Shown: positions 48,654-58,331 of the stretch, piece by piece
Layout of the letters: every line of letters starts with the position of its first letter
Numbering within the stretch: position 1 is the first letter of the stretch
Assembly (NCBI GenBank): GCA_029258795.1
Contig: JAPDKB010000007.1
Span: 1 to 64,000, forward strand
DNA length: 64,000 bases
Direction: 5' to 3'
DNA from: an archaeon
GTDB lineage: Archaea; EX4484-52; WAPT01
The notes under the pieces: generated by a model
What the model saw: only the letters and a program-made list of their open reading frames with translations
The model's database searches: none
What the model was told of the DNA's origin: nothing
Program-made: the position numbers and the translations under genes

Positions 48654-48739
48654 AAATTTAGGTTGCGTGATGTCATAATAAATAAAGAGGATAATTTTAT
48701 AAAGGTTGCGAGCTCACGAAAACTGCTCATAATCGGGTC

Positions 48740-50485
48740 TTATTTCTTCACTTTACTCTTACCTCCTCGATAACTTCCTTTCGCAACAATGACAGCAAGA
48801 GCTGGCACAACAGTGATGGCTGCGATGAAACACATCGCAACGCCGTAGCTCATCATCGCGCCCAGATCTTTAAGGATAGTTATGGTACCCATGCCCATGG
48901 CTCTGAAGCCTATCAAAGCGGCGAGCGTTGTGATCAGCATGGGGTAGAACGTTCTTTTGATTGCTGTTTCTGCCGCTCTTTCCACATCTCCGTTCCTGAG
49001 CTCCTGCCTGAAACGGTTCACCACCTGTATTCCGAAATCTATACCTATACCCATTATCATGGAGATGGCTCCTGATGTTGAGGGGCTTATATCCACACCC
49101 ATCAATCCAAACATTCCATAGACCCAGATCGTGCCGAACAGTATGGCCGCAAGGGAAGTCAGCCCGAATCTGACGGAATAGAGGATAAGGCAAACTATTA
49201 TCAGAATGGAAAGCAGGGAGATGGTTGAGGTTTTCCTCATTATTTCACCAACTCTCATTTTAATCTCGGTTCCATAAACAATACCCCCTCCAAGTTCAGC
49301 CACAACTCCGGGAGGAGCGGGCACATCCTCCACAACTTCCTCCAGTTCCTTTACGAGTTCAGCGCTCTGATCCTCGTTGAGAGCATAAACGGAAAGGTGT
49401 ATTACGGCTAATGTCCTGTCATCGCTGACATACCCCTTCAGGGGATCGGTTCTGATGCACTGGATGGTGTGCTTTTGTTGCGGAACGATGGTTGAAAGCA
49501 TGATTTCGAGCTGCTGTAAACCTGAGGAGAGGTTGACCAGAGCTTCTGAAACCATCATGCTTGCGTTTGCTGAAGCATTCATTCCCGCTGAAATCTGCTG
49601 GAGGGATGCGCTTATTCCCTCCAGAGCCATGGCCATTCCGTCCAGAGCACCGGCAAGTTCATTAAAGTGGTATCCGATGTTCTGAAACGCGTTCGTTATG
49701 CTGTTCAGATCGTCCTCAAGCTGCGCAAGCGAGGCAAGCATTGCATCCTTCTCCTGCTGCGAGAGGGTTGGTGATGTTGAGATAGCGTAATTAAGCGTGT
49801 AGAGCTGCACGTAAGCATCTTCCAGAGCTTTGGTATCCATCTTTCCCTCCCTGATGTTTCTGCTTATCGTTTTTAGTGTGAGACTGAGGGAGCTCAACCC
49901 GGCAGATATTTCAGAAAGGCCGTAACTCATGTTGAGCTGCGCTTCCCCAACTTTCTCCGAAACTTCAGAGAGCTGAAAGCCGGCTTCAGCAGCCTGATGA
50001 ATTGCTTCCTGCGGAGATGGTGCTGGCGGGTAGCATCTGATCTCGGAAGCGTGAATCGCCCTCAAAACGTCGGACTTGGCGGAGGGTATCGTGCCATTGG
50101 TGTACGGCAGAATGACATCCAGAATTGAGGAAGCGGAGTCAATGTAGGGATTGGTCAGCAACGCCCCCGTTAACCTGTCCATGTACCTGAGCACTGTCGG
50201 ATCCAGCACGTCGGCAGCGCCACTTCCATCAGCTTTCACAACCACATATACCGTGGAGGATGTCATACCGAACTCATCAATTATCGTGAACATCGCACCT
50301 ATCTCATCCACACTCTTGGGTAGCATTTCCTCATAATTCATCGACTTCGTTTTCACCTTGGATCCGGCCACACCCATCACGATCGTGAATATGATTATGA
50401 TTGCAAGTACCAGCTTTGGATTTCTTGCAAGGAAGCGTGCATAGGTCCCCACAGCTCTTGAAAACACACTTTCTTCCCCTCTCAT
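48740..50485 (-). CDS. half-size RND/MMPL transporter with long coiled-coil insertion
   Basis: TM1, external domain, then five TM segments; GIGIDFG, TTLAALIGF. Confidence 0.85.
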   Translation of the reverse strand: MRGEESVFSRAVGTYARFLARNPKLVLAIIIIFTIVMGVAGSKVKTKSMNYEEMLPKSVDEIGAMFTIIDEFGMTSSTVYVVVKADGSGAADVLDPTVLRYMDRLTGALLTNPYIDSASSILDVILPYTNGTIPSAKSDVLRAIHASEIRCYPPAPSPQEAIHQAAEAGFQLSEVSEKVGEAQLNMSYGLSEISAGLSSLSLTLKTISRNIREGKMDTKALEDAYVQLYTLNYAISTSPTLSQQEKDAMLASLAQLEDDLNSITNAFQNIGYHFNELAGALDGMAMALEGISASLQQISAGMNASANASMMVSEALVNLSSGLQQLEIMLSTIVPQQKHTIQCIRTDPLKGYVSDDRTLAVIHLSVYALNEDQSAELVKELEEVVEDVPAPPGVVAELGGGIVYGTEIKMRVGEIMRKTSTISLLSILIIVCLILYSVRFGLTSLAAILFGTIWVYGMFGLMGVDISPSTSGAISMIMGIGIDFGIQVVNRFRQELRNGDVERAAETAIKRTFYPMLITTLAALIGFRAMGMGTITILKDLGAMMSYGVAMCFIAAITVVPALAVIVAKGSYRGGKSKVKK

Positions 50486-51687
50486 TCACGACCCCTCCTG
50501 AAGCGAACAATTGTGCTTTCCATCAGCAAAAGCGAAGGCATGAAAAAGATGGTTATGAAGAGCATGCATCCTATACCCAGAGCGAGAGCTATACCGAGTG
50601 ACTCGAGCATGGGAAATGCCGTACTTAGCAAAGCGAGAAATCCTGCTATCGTTGTCATGCCGGAACCCGTTATGCTTGAACCCACCGACGGAAGCGCATT
50701 TCTTATGGCGTCAGGTGGTGTTGAGCCCCTCTCAACCTCCTCCCTGTAGCGCTCCACCATGAAAACTCCGTACTCCACCCCAAGCCCCACAACCATGGCT
50801 CCGACACCCACGGTGGCCATGGTAAGCTTCCACCCCATCCACCCGAAGATTCCGGCAGTCCAAGCAACGCCCATTGTGAGGGGTATGAATATGAGCACAG
50901 CGTCCTTCAAACTTCTTCTCAGGAACACGAGAAGAACGAAAATGATAATGATCGCCAAACCCAAGGTGTAAGCCATATCGTGCAGCATCAGCTCAAACAG
51001 CTTGCGACGCATTGGCGGCATGCCGGTTATGGTGTATTTCAGACATGCAGGCCTCTCGACGCTCTCCATGATCTGCCGAATTCTGTCCGTGTTTCTCTTG
51101 ATGCTTTCCTCACTGCTACCTACATCCATATCGATCAGCATCACCGTGGATCTCCTGTCCTTGCTGATGAGCGAATCCAGACCCGCCTTTTCTATTATGC
51201 TCTTGATCATACCCTCATCGGCGGGCACATAACCCATGGACGTGAAGGGCAGTGCAATTGAAACAACGCTCCGGACATTCGGCTCATGTGAAAGCTTTTC
51301 AGATGCATCAATCAAAAACCGGATGATGGCCGGGGAGGTAATCTCCTTGGGTGTGGAGGTTGCAGCGCAGTTCTCATCCAAACTGACCAGAATGAAAACT
51401 TTGTCGGCCGTGCCGAAAACATCTCTAACCGCAAGCTCGAGCTTCACGCTTTCTATATTGGAGGGAAGGAGTTTTACGATGTCGGTTTCCATATTCACAC
51501 TGGGTATGCTCAAAATCATCAAGAAGGTAATTGTTGTCATCAGCACCAGAATATAAGGATAATAATTAATGTGGATTTCGGCCAGCTTTCTCAGCGCTCT
51601 TTCCGCTGGCGTTGAGCGGGATGAAGCTTCCGCTCTCTTTCCTTCGGTCACTCTCCTTCTCTTACTCTTTCGTCTCGAATCCGTCAT
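50482..51687 (-). CDS. half-size RND/MMPL transporter
   Basis: TM1, external domain, ITGMPP, GLGVEYG..ERYREE, TTIAGF. Confidence 0.87.
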   Translation of the reverse strand: MTDSRRKSKRRRVTEGKRAEASSRSTPAERALRKLAEIHINYYPYILVLMTTITFLMILSIPSVNMETDIVKLLPSNIESVKLELAVRDVFGTADKVFILVSLDENCAATSTPKEITSPAIIRFLIDASEKLSHEPNVRSVVSIALPFTSMGYVPADEGMIKSIIEKAGLDSLISKDRRSTVMLIDMDVGSSEESIKRNTDRIRQIMESVERPACLKYTITGMPPMRRKLFELMLHDMAYTLGLAIIIIFVLLVFLRRSLKDAVLIFIPLTMGVAWTAGIFGWMGWKLTMATVGVGAMVVGLGVEYGVFMVERYREEVERGSTPPDAIRNALPSVGSSITGSGMTTIAGFLALLSTAFPMLESLGIALALGIGCMLFITIFFMPSLLLMESTIVRFRRGRE

Positions 51688-51701
51688 GAAGTGCACACCC
51701 T

Positions 51702-52493
51702 TCAAACTTCCATTCTGCTGAAGCTTATCGCGCTCAGGACAAAGGTTATGGTTGCTGCGATGCATGCTACGAAAGCGTCATACACAAGCCCAATTTCCCC
51801 GCTGCCGATCAGCATGTGCCTTATCCCATCCAGAATGTAAGATACCGGGTTGATGAGAAGTATGTTTCTCAACCATTCGGGAGCAAGGGTTATCGGCATG
51901 AAAGCCGTTGAAAGAAACACCATCGGCATTATGAAGATGTTCTGCACGAACTGAAAGCTCTCCATGTCCTGCATTCTTGAGGACACTGTCAATCCTATCC
52001 CCGTGGCAAATATGGAAAGAGCAATTATAAACGGCACGGCTGAAATAAAACCGGGAAGGTTCAGGTTTATTCTCATCATCATCGCTATCAAAACTATCAC
52101 GCACGCCTGAATCAGCGCCGTTGTCACAGCTCCCAGCGTTCTGCCCAGAACTATGGATAACCTGCTGACGGGAGCAACGAGCACCTCCTTCAGGAAGCCG
52201 AACTGTCTGTCCCATATCACCGCTATTCCAGCCATGACGGATGCGAAGATAACACTCATACCTATGAGCCCGCAGAGCAGAAATTGAAGGTATGTGATAC
52301 CACCGCTTGCCCCAGCTGATGCTCCACCGCCCAGGGTCAGCGCTCTCCCCACACCCATTCCGAAAGCCAGCAGGAAGAATAATGGCTGTAGCACGCTCCC
52401 CAGCACCCTGCCTTTCGTTCTTACAAATCGCTTCATGTGTCTCATCCAGATTATGTACACTGCCTGAAGCTCGTTGGTGGTTCTTTTTCTCAT
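51702..52493 (-). CDS. ABC-2 type permease (DrrB-like)
   Basis: WDRQFGFLKEVLVAP, FLSTAFMP, NPVSY..DGIR. Confidence 0.92.
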   Translation of the reverse strand: MRKRTTNELQAVYIIWMRHMKRFVRTKGRVLGSVLQPLFFLLAFGMGVGRALTLGGGASAGASGGITYLQFLLCGLIGMSVIFASVMAGIAVIWDRQFGFLKEVLVAPVSRLSIVLGRTLGAVTTALIQACVIVLIAMMMRINLNLPGFISAVPFIIALSIFATGIGLTVSSRMQDMESFQFVQNIFIMPMVFLSTAFMPITLAPEWLRNILLINPVSYILDGIRHMLIGSGEIGLVYDAFVACIAATITFVLSAISFSRMEV

Positions 52494-52503
52494 TATCAAC
52501 ACC

Positions 52504-53520
52504 TCATGCCATTCTCGAAAACCTCCTTTTTCTGAAGGGAGGAATATAAGCCCCACCATCGTTTCCGTTTTCAACATCTTCCGTGAGTTCCAGATAAACA
52601 TCTTCAAGCGAGGGATACTTCACGCTGAGCTCAATTAGCCGGACACCCCTCCTGACAAAAAGTTTTCGCAGAGCGCTGATCTTTTCCTCTATTCTCGAGC
52701 TTTCCAGCTCCACCGATTTCTCTTTCTCCACGATTACGCGCATCTCGCCCATCTCCCGCTTCAGCATTTCAAGGGCTTTTTTCTTGTCCGCTTCTGAAGA
52801 AAACACCACCACCAGCCTTTTCCTTCCGAACTTCTTTTTCAGCTCCTCAGGCGTGCCTTCCGCGACGATCCTGCCTTTATCGATCACAGCCACCCTATCG
52901 CACAGTTTCTCTGCTTCCTCGATGTAATGCGTTGTGAGAAATATGGTCAAACCCTTCTCCTTCTTTATTCTCAGTATATGCTCCCATATTTTCTTTCGGG
53001 TGTGGGCATCCAGCCCTATGGTCGGCTCATCCAGGAAAAGCAGTTCGGGATCATGCATAACGCTTCTCGCCACCTCCAGCTTTCTCCGCATACCTCCGGA
53101 GTAGCTTGAAACGAGCTTATCTTCCCACCCCTCAAGCTCCACAAGAGACATGAGTTCCTTTATCTTTCTTTTTATTTCATCCCCGCGCAAGCCATAAAGA
53201 CGCGCGTGATACTCCAGATTCTCTTTACCCGTGAGCTTGTCATCAAGAGCTGGATCCTGAAACACAACCCCAATCTTTCTTCTGACTTCCCATGGGTCCT
53301 TCACAACATCATGGCCCATAACAATGGCATTTCCACTCGTTGGTTTAAGCAGAGTGCAGAGAATTTTCTGCGTGGTCGTCTTTCCAGCGCCATTTGGTCC
53401 GAGAAACCCGAATATTGTGCCTTTTTTGACACGGAAGCTTATGGATTTAAGTGCCTGCACCCCACCTGCATACGTTTTGGTTAAGTTTTCAACAATTATG
53501 GCGTCCATGATCAGCATCAC
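52504..53520 (-). CDS. ABC exporter ATP-binding subunit (DrrA-like)
   Basis: GPNGAGKTT, YSGGMRR, LDEPT, TTHY, SLEDVY. Confidence 0.94.
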   Translation of the reverse strand: MMLIMDAIIVENLTKTYAGGVQALKSISFRVKKGTIFGFLGPNGAGKTTTQKILCTLLKPTSGNAIVMGHDVVKDPWEVRRKIGVVFQDPALDDKLTGKENLEYHARLYGLRGDEIKRKIKELMSLVELEGWEDKLVSSYSGGMRRKLEVARSVMHDPELLFLDEPTIGLDAHTRKKIWEHILRIKKEKGLTIFLTTHYIEEAEKLCDRVAVIDKGRIVAEGTPEELKKKFGRKRLVVVFSSEADKKKALEMLKREMGEMRVIVEKEKSVELESSRIEEKISALRKLFVRRGVRLIELSVKYPSLEDVYLELTEDVENGNDGGAYIPPFRKRRFSRMA

Positions 53521-53529
53521 CCACCATCC

Positions 53530-54075
53530 TCAATCCATTTCTGCCATTCTTTCCAGTTTCTTCCTCGCGTTTTCAAGCACCTTTCTGACTTCTTCCGCGT
53601 CCACATTTTTTTCGGACACGGCAATGAACACCATCTTGATCAATTCGTTCAGCTCATCGATCAGACCGCTATCTCCAAGCTTCTCCTTACTGATGTTATT
53701 GAAGGTCTCGAACAGCATCCTAACCTCGTTAACATTCAGACATGTGGACACGCTTATCATCTCGTACATCTTTTCCCTGAGCTCTCTCTTGATCTCGCTC
53801 ACCTTCTCGGCAAGCTCGCTGCCCTTCTGAGTCAGCCGATACACCTTCTTTCCCCTTTCCTCGCGCGAAACTACAAGACCCTCTTTTTCCATGCTTTTCA
53901 GCGCGGGATAAAGCGTGCCGAAGGACGGCTTCCAGAAGCCCGTCTCCCTCATTATCCTGTTTCGGATTTCATATCCGTGAGCATCCCCCTCCCTCAGCAC
54001 AGCCAAAATGTGAGCTCTCAAAAACCCTTTTGGAATGAATTTTTTACCTTCAACTCCAGTTTTTTCATCCATCAA
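53530..54075 (-). CDS. PadR-family transcriptional regulator
   Basis: HGYEI, PSFGTLYPAL, KVYRLTQKG. Confidence 0.92.
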   Translation of the reverse strand: MMDEKTGVEGKKFIPKGFLRAHILAVLREGDAHGYEIRNRIMRETGFWKPSFGTLYPALKSMEKEGLVVSREERGKKVYRLTQKGSELAEKVSEIKRELREKMYEMISVSTCLNVNEVRMLFETFNNISKEKLGDSGLIDELNELIKMVFIAVSEKNVDAEEVRKVLENARKKLERMAEMD

Positions 54076-54102
54076 AACTCACCGTAATGGTGACCTGCTG
54101 CT

Positions 54103-55335
54103 TTACCCTTTCCTTCTGCGGTAGAGATACACAAGAATCAATGCAATCACACCCATTATCGCAACCAGAACGGCTCTTCTTACCATGATATTTCTTGCCT
54201 CCGCAACATTCACATTCACGTACTCTTCTCTCACCACCACATCATCTCCCGCCAGATACCTTATCTCCACCTTCAGCTGGTAGCTCTTTGGCTGCGCGTT
54301 TCTGTCTGCGCTGAGTGTGAAAACAGCAGTACCTTCAGCCTGTGGTTCGAGAGTTCCGATGTAATCGTACCTGTTATCCAAGCTTATGGGGACGAGAGCG
54401 CTTTTGACCAGTCTCACGGAAACGCTTTCAGCTTTCTCCTCGCCTCTATTCACAACCTTCAGCACAAGCCTGCCGTCACCACCCTGCACAACCTGATCCG
54501 GCTGGACGGAATAGCTTTCAAGCACGACTTCCGGATAGGGCGGGAGCTCTATGATGAGAGGTAATCGAATCTCCCGCTTAACCGATTTGCCACCACTCCT
54601 CTCCACATATTTTATCAGCAAAGTTGCATTGTAGTTGCCGGATTTAACACCTTCGTCGATATCAACATAAAAGCTGGCTGTGGCGGAATCCCCTTCCTTT
54701 ATCTCTCCCAGACCCGCAACATTGCTGTATGAGTGAGATGGCTCGAATCCATCCGGCAAAATGAGGGTTGCAACCACCCCGTAGGCAGGAGCATCCCCCA
54801 CATTCGTAATCTCGACCTCAAGCAGGTTTTCCTCGCTGTCTGGAAGAAGCTTGGAAGGCACGGTGGAAAGCTTGGTTATCACGAACTCGGACTGCTTGCT
54901 TTCCACATATATCCGGAGTTTTTCCTCCTTCCAGATGGCTCCACCTGAAGCTGTGCACCTGATCTTGAGCTCGTTCCAGCCGTCAGATGCCAGTTCATCC
55001 ACCCTCAACCTGAACTGCATCAGAGCTTCCTTCCCGGGAAGTAGATCTCCAACGGTGCAGGATTTCTGCTCTCCCGGCAGAACTGAAAATGGAAATTGCT
55101 CTACGACAGAACAAGAGACATTTACCGCCTCTTCATTTCCATCATTGACGACCTTAATCCAGACATCCAGATCCTTCCCCGCTTCAGCAGGATAGGGTTC
55201 ATATTTAACGTTCAACACGGTTAGATGTGGCGCAGCAAAAGCACCCGTGTTCATAAACACCAACACGATTAATGCAAAAACTAGCGCACGCACCACATTT
55301 CCATAATCAATTCTGTGCTCATATTTGCCAGACAT
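54103..55335 (-). CDS. COG1361-type S-layer-like protein (Ig-like repeats, signal peptide, C-terminal TM anchor)
   Basis: Three beta-rich repeats (P..G...N.G...A), N-terminal signal, C-terminal TM followed by RRRK. Confidence 0.85.
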   Translation of the reverse strand: MSGKYEHRIDYGNVVRALVFALIVLVFMNTGAFAAPHLTVLNVKYEPYPAEAGKDLDVWIKVVNDGNEEAVNVSCSVVEQFPFSVLPGEQKSCTVGDLLPGKEALMQFRLRVDELASDGWNELKIRCTASGGAIWKEEKLRIYVESKQSEFVITKLSTVPSKLLPDSEENLLEVEITNVGDAPAYGVVATLILPDGFEPSHSYSNVAGLGEIKEGDSATASFYVDIDEGVKSGNYNATLLIKYVERSGGKSVKREIRLPLIIELPPYPEVVLESYSVQPDQVVQGGDGRLVLKVVNRGEEKAESVSVRLVKSALVPISLDNRYDYIGTLEPQAEGTAVFTLSADRNAQPKSYQLKVEIRYLAGDDVVVREEYVNVNVAEARNIMVRRAVLVAIMGVIALILVYLYRRRKG

Positions 55336-55355
55336 AACTCCACCACCCCTGAATT

Positions 55356-55372
55356 TATATCGAACCGATATA
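55356..55372. promoter_or_regulatory. inverted repeat TATATCG-AAC-CGATATA, putative PadR operator
   Basis: Perfect 7-bp arms lying between a minus-strand BRE/TATA (CCGAAATCTATAAATA) and the first ATG of the operon. Confidence 0.65.
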
Positions 55373-55464
55373 TTCGTCTATTATCGTAAAATTATTTATA
55401 GATTTCGGTGACATCCCACACAAAAATAAAAAGCACCTACCCAAACTTACGGCAGCACCACAGT

Positions 55465-56169
55465 TCATATTCTCATTATCTTGACCAGAGTTTCAACTCT
55501 GTCCTCCATTTTCTGGAGCTGCTCCACGCATCTCTCCAGCTCATCTATGCCTTTAGAGCGAGTGTCCTTCATCTCTTTTATCAGCTTGGTGAGCTCTCCA
55601 GTGCTTGAGCCTATCTCGCGGAGCATGGACACAATCTCTTTATATCTGGATAAGCTCACGAAGACCGGTCCTTCAACCTCGGCAATGGAGCGCATCTCCA
55701 GCATCCTTTTTTCGAGATTTTCTGCACTCATCTCCTCACGGACAGCAGGACTTCTGACACTCTCTTTCTTGGGAGCTTGAAGAGCTTGAGCTGGTTGGGC
55801 ATCGGATCCTGAAGCAACCTCCTTTCCTTCACTCTGCTCAACACTCTCCACACGGAACAGCTCCTCCTCAATCGGCTTCAGATTTTCCAGCTCCGCAACT
55901 TCCTCTTCTGGAATCACCTCAATTTTCTCCATCTCTTCCTTCACTTTCTCCGATTTCTTCTCCTTCTTTTTACTCGGAGCCACTTTGACCTCTTCCTTAG
56001 CTTCAGGCACGACTTCCGTAACTTCCACTATCTCCTTTCCCCCCTCCTTCGTTTCAGAAGCAGCAGCTTCAACATCCTTTGCTATCTCCTTCAATTCCTC
56101 TTCAAGAAGTTTGAGTTCATCATCAAGTTTATCATGTTTTTTTGCTTTTTTTGAGGTTCTGGCTACCAT
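55465..56169 (-). CDS. acidic coiled-coil hypothetical protein
   Basis: E/K-rich N-terminal half, PVFVSLSRY motif, heptad C-terminus; SD AGGTGA. Confidence 0.75.
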   Translation of the reverse strand: MVARTSKKAKKHDKLDDELKLLEEELKEIAKDVEAAASETKEGGKEIVEVTEVVPEAKEEVKVAPSKKKEKKSEKVKEEMEKIEVIPEEEVAELENLKPIEEELFRVESVEQSEGKEVASGSDAQPAQALQAPKKESVRSPAVREEMSAENLEKRMLEMRSIAEVEGPVFVSLSRYKEIVSMLREIGSSTGELTKLIKEMKDTRSKGIDELERCVEQLQKMEDRVETLVKIMRI

Positions 56170-56173
56170 GGTA

Positions 56174-57898
56174 TCACCTGTGTGTATAATATGCCAGCAA
56201 TTCTTTATTAAGTTTATCATAGCTTTCAATTCTGCAGAATCCGAATCGTTCAAACTGGACTATTGTGTCGGGCTTCACACTGGCACATGTGCTCTCAGCA
56301 TAACCCTTGAGAATTGTTGCATCAGGCATTACAACACGTGCACTGATGAAATCATGGGCTGGTACCCACTGCACCTTTACAATTTTCCTCATATCCACTT
56401 CATCATCTTCAATCCTCCTTACCACCATTCTATCATTTTCCTCCCCCACAAACTCCACATTCATCAGATCTTTTAATCTTACAATCCTCTGAGTCCTCAG
56501 GAGCTCCGCGTCCTGCTTGGTTATGTAAGCTTTACCTTTGAACTCCAGCTTTCTATGGCCACGCCCCCTGAAATCCGGATGTAACGGAGGTGTGGCAGCT
56601 ACGGGCTGAGTGCAGTTTTCAATCTCCAGAAGAACAGGGTCATGCACGAAAAAGTATCTGTTTGCCAGCGGATCGATAAGCCTTCTGTTCTCCTTGTAGA
56701 GCGCTTCCACCGGCACCACTATATCTGCTTCGCTCATGCCAACTGATAGCACGAACCTTCTGATGGCTTCCGGCATGAAGCCCCTCTTTCTCAACGATTG
56801 CATGCTCCAGGTGCGCGGATCATGCCATCCCATGAACTCTCCACTTTTCACCTCCTTCTGGAACTTGCTCTTGCTGAGCTTTACACCTTCTATCCTCATC
56901 AGGCCAGTGTGAATAACAACGGGGTGCTCCCAACCAAAAATATCCCAGATGAACTTTTCCATCTCCGTCTCCATCATCAGATCCTTACCCCTCAGAATGT
57001 GGGTGATGCCAAGAAGATGGTCGTCTATAGCCCAGGAGAATTCCAGCAGAGGCCACACCACATACTTGTTTCCTACTCGCGGATGCTCTCTTTCACTTAT
57101 CCTCATGAGCACTCTATCCCTGAAAGCTGGGTTCGGGTGCTTCATGTCCGTTTTTATGCGGAGGGATGCCTCCCCCTCTTTATACTCGTGGTTCAGCATC
57201 CTTTCAAAATATTCAAGGTTTTCTTCAACGCTCTGCTTCCTGTGCTCGCACTCCATACCCTTCCTCCTGTTCTCCCTCAAAGTTTCCACGTCGCAGAGGC
57301 ACACGTATGCCTTACCCATTTCTATGAGCTTCCTCGCATAATCGTAATAGAGCTCCAGCCTGTCGGATTTATAAACAACCTCATGCCATTCAACGCCGAG
57401 CCATCTCAACCCCTCGGGAATCAAATCATAAGCTTCGGGATCTATCTCCTTTCCTCCCCCGCCGATGGTGTCGTCAAAGACCAGAATGAGCTTTCCATCG
57501 TACATTTTCACATACTCATCGTTGAGAATGAAGGGCCTAGCGTTGCCTATATGGATCGGGCCTGAAGGAAAGGGTGCTATGCGCATCACGACTTTTCCTT
57601 TTTCCGCATGAGGTAATGGAGGGAGCTTTACTCCTTCATCCCCACCTTTTTCCTCCTCAACTGTAGCCACACCAAGCTCCGTTGCAAGCTTCTCCATTTC
57701 CTCTTTGCTCATCGAATTGACCTTAGCAACAGCTCGCTTTACCGCTTCCATCACAGCTTTTATATCCTTCTTCAGCTCGGGATTCTCCTTAAGAATCATA
57801 CCCATAACTGGCTTCTCACTCGCTTTACTATCGTGCTGCAGCGCATTTTTCAGAGCCATTCGAAGCGCGATATCTTTCAGATTCTGCATAGGAGGCAT
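56174..57898 (-). CDS. gltX: glutamate--tRNA ligase (archaeal type)
   Basis: RIAPFPSGPIHIGN, THILRGKD, KLSKS, QFERFGF. Confidence 0.96.
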   Translation of the reverse strand: MPPMQNLKDIALRMALKNALQHDSKASEKPVMGMILKENPELKKDIKAVMEAVKRAVAKVNSMSKEEMEKLATELGVATVEEEKGGDEGVKLPPLPHAEKGKVVMRIAPFPSGPIHIGNARPFILNDEYVKMYDGKLILVFDDTIGGGGKEIDPEAYDLIPEGLRWLGVEWHEVVYKSDRLELYYDYARKLIEMGKAYVCLCDVETLRENRRKGMECEHRKQSVEENLEYFERMLNHEYKEGEASLRIKTDMKHPNPAFRDRVLMRISEREHPRVGNKYVVWPLLEFSWAIDDHLLGITHILRGKDLMMETEMEKFIWDIFGWEHPVVIHTGLMRIEGVKLSKSKFQKEVKSGEFMGWHDPRTWSMQSLRKRGFMPEAIRRFVLSVGMSEADIVVPVEALYKENRRLIDPLANRYFFVHDPVLLEIENCTQPVAATPPLHPDFRGRGHRKLEFKGKAYITKQDAELLRTQRIVRLKDLMNVEFVGEENDRMVVRRIEDDEVDMRKIVKVQWVPAHDFISARVVMPDATILKGYAESTCASVKPDTIVQFERFGFCRIESYDKLNKELLAYYTHR

Positions 57899-57971
57899 GC
57901 TGATATTATGAAGGGTAACATTTTTTAAAAGCTCCGTCAGAGGTGTGCGCAAGCGAATTGACGGATTCACC

Positions 57972-58055
57972 CTACTCGGTCAGAAACAGCAGCCCCACTC
58001 CAAAGAAAGTCAAACAAAGCAAGATTAGAGCTACGAGTCCACTCAGCAAATCCAT
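57972..58055 (-). CDS. 27-aa single-TM small protein, not in the ORF track
   Basis: MDLLSGLVALILLCLTFFGVGLLFLTE*; BRE/TATA AAAAGCTTTATATT ending about 23 nt upstream of the ATG. Confidence 0.55.
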   Translation of the reverse strand: MDLLSGLVALILLCLTFFGVGLLFLTE

Positions 58056-58145
58056 GAAAGTTTTGATGGATGAAGTTGAATATAAAGCTTTTTGTGTCTC
58101 GAGATACCGAAAAAATTAATAATTATGTGTTTTCTACCATTTTCA

Positions 58146-58330
58146 TGGTTCACGACCCCATCGAATATATCAGAAAGATAAGGCAAGAGGAGCTGGAGAA
58201 GTGCACCGCAGCCCTGAGGGCTGCAAGAGGAGAGGAAATAGAAAAAGCTATGCTGGCAAAAAGCTACCGGGAAGAAAGATGGCAGCAACTCTACGAGCTG
58301 CCGAGAGATCTGCAGAAAAAATATGTGTGA
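58146..58330 (+). CDS. small helical hypothetical protein
   Basis: MVHDPIEYIRK...; CCGAAAAAATTAATAA promoter-like motif about 25 nt upstream. Confidence 0.55.
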
Positions 58331-58331
58331 G

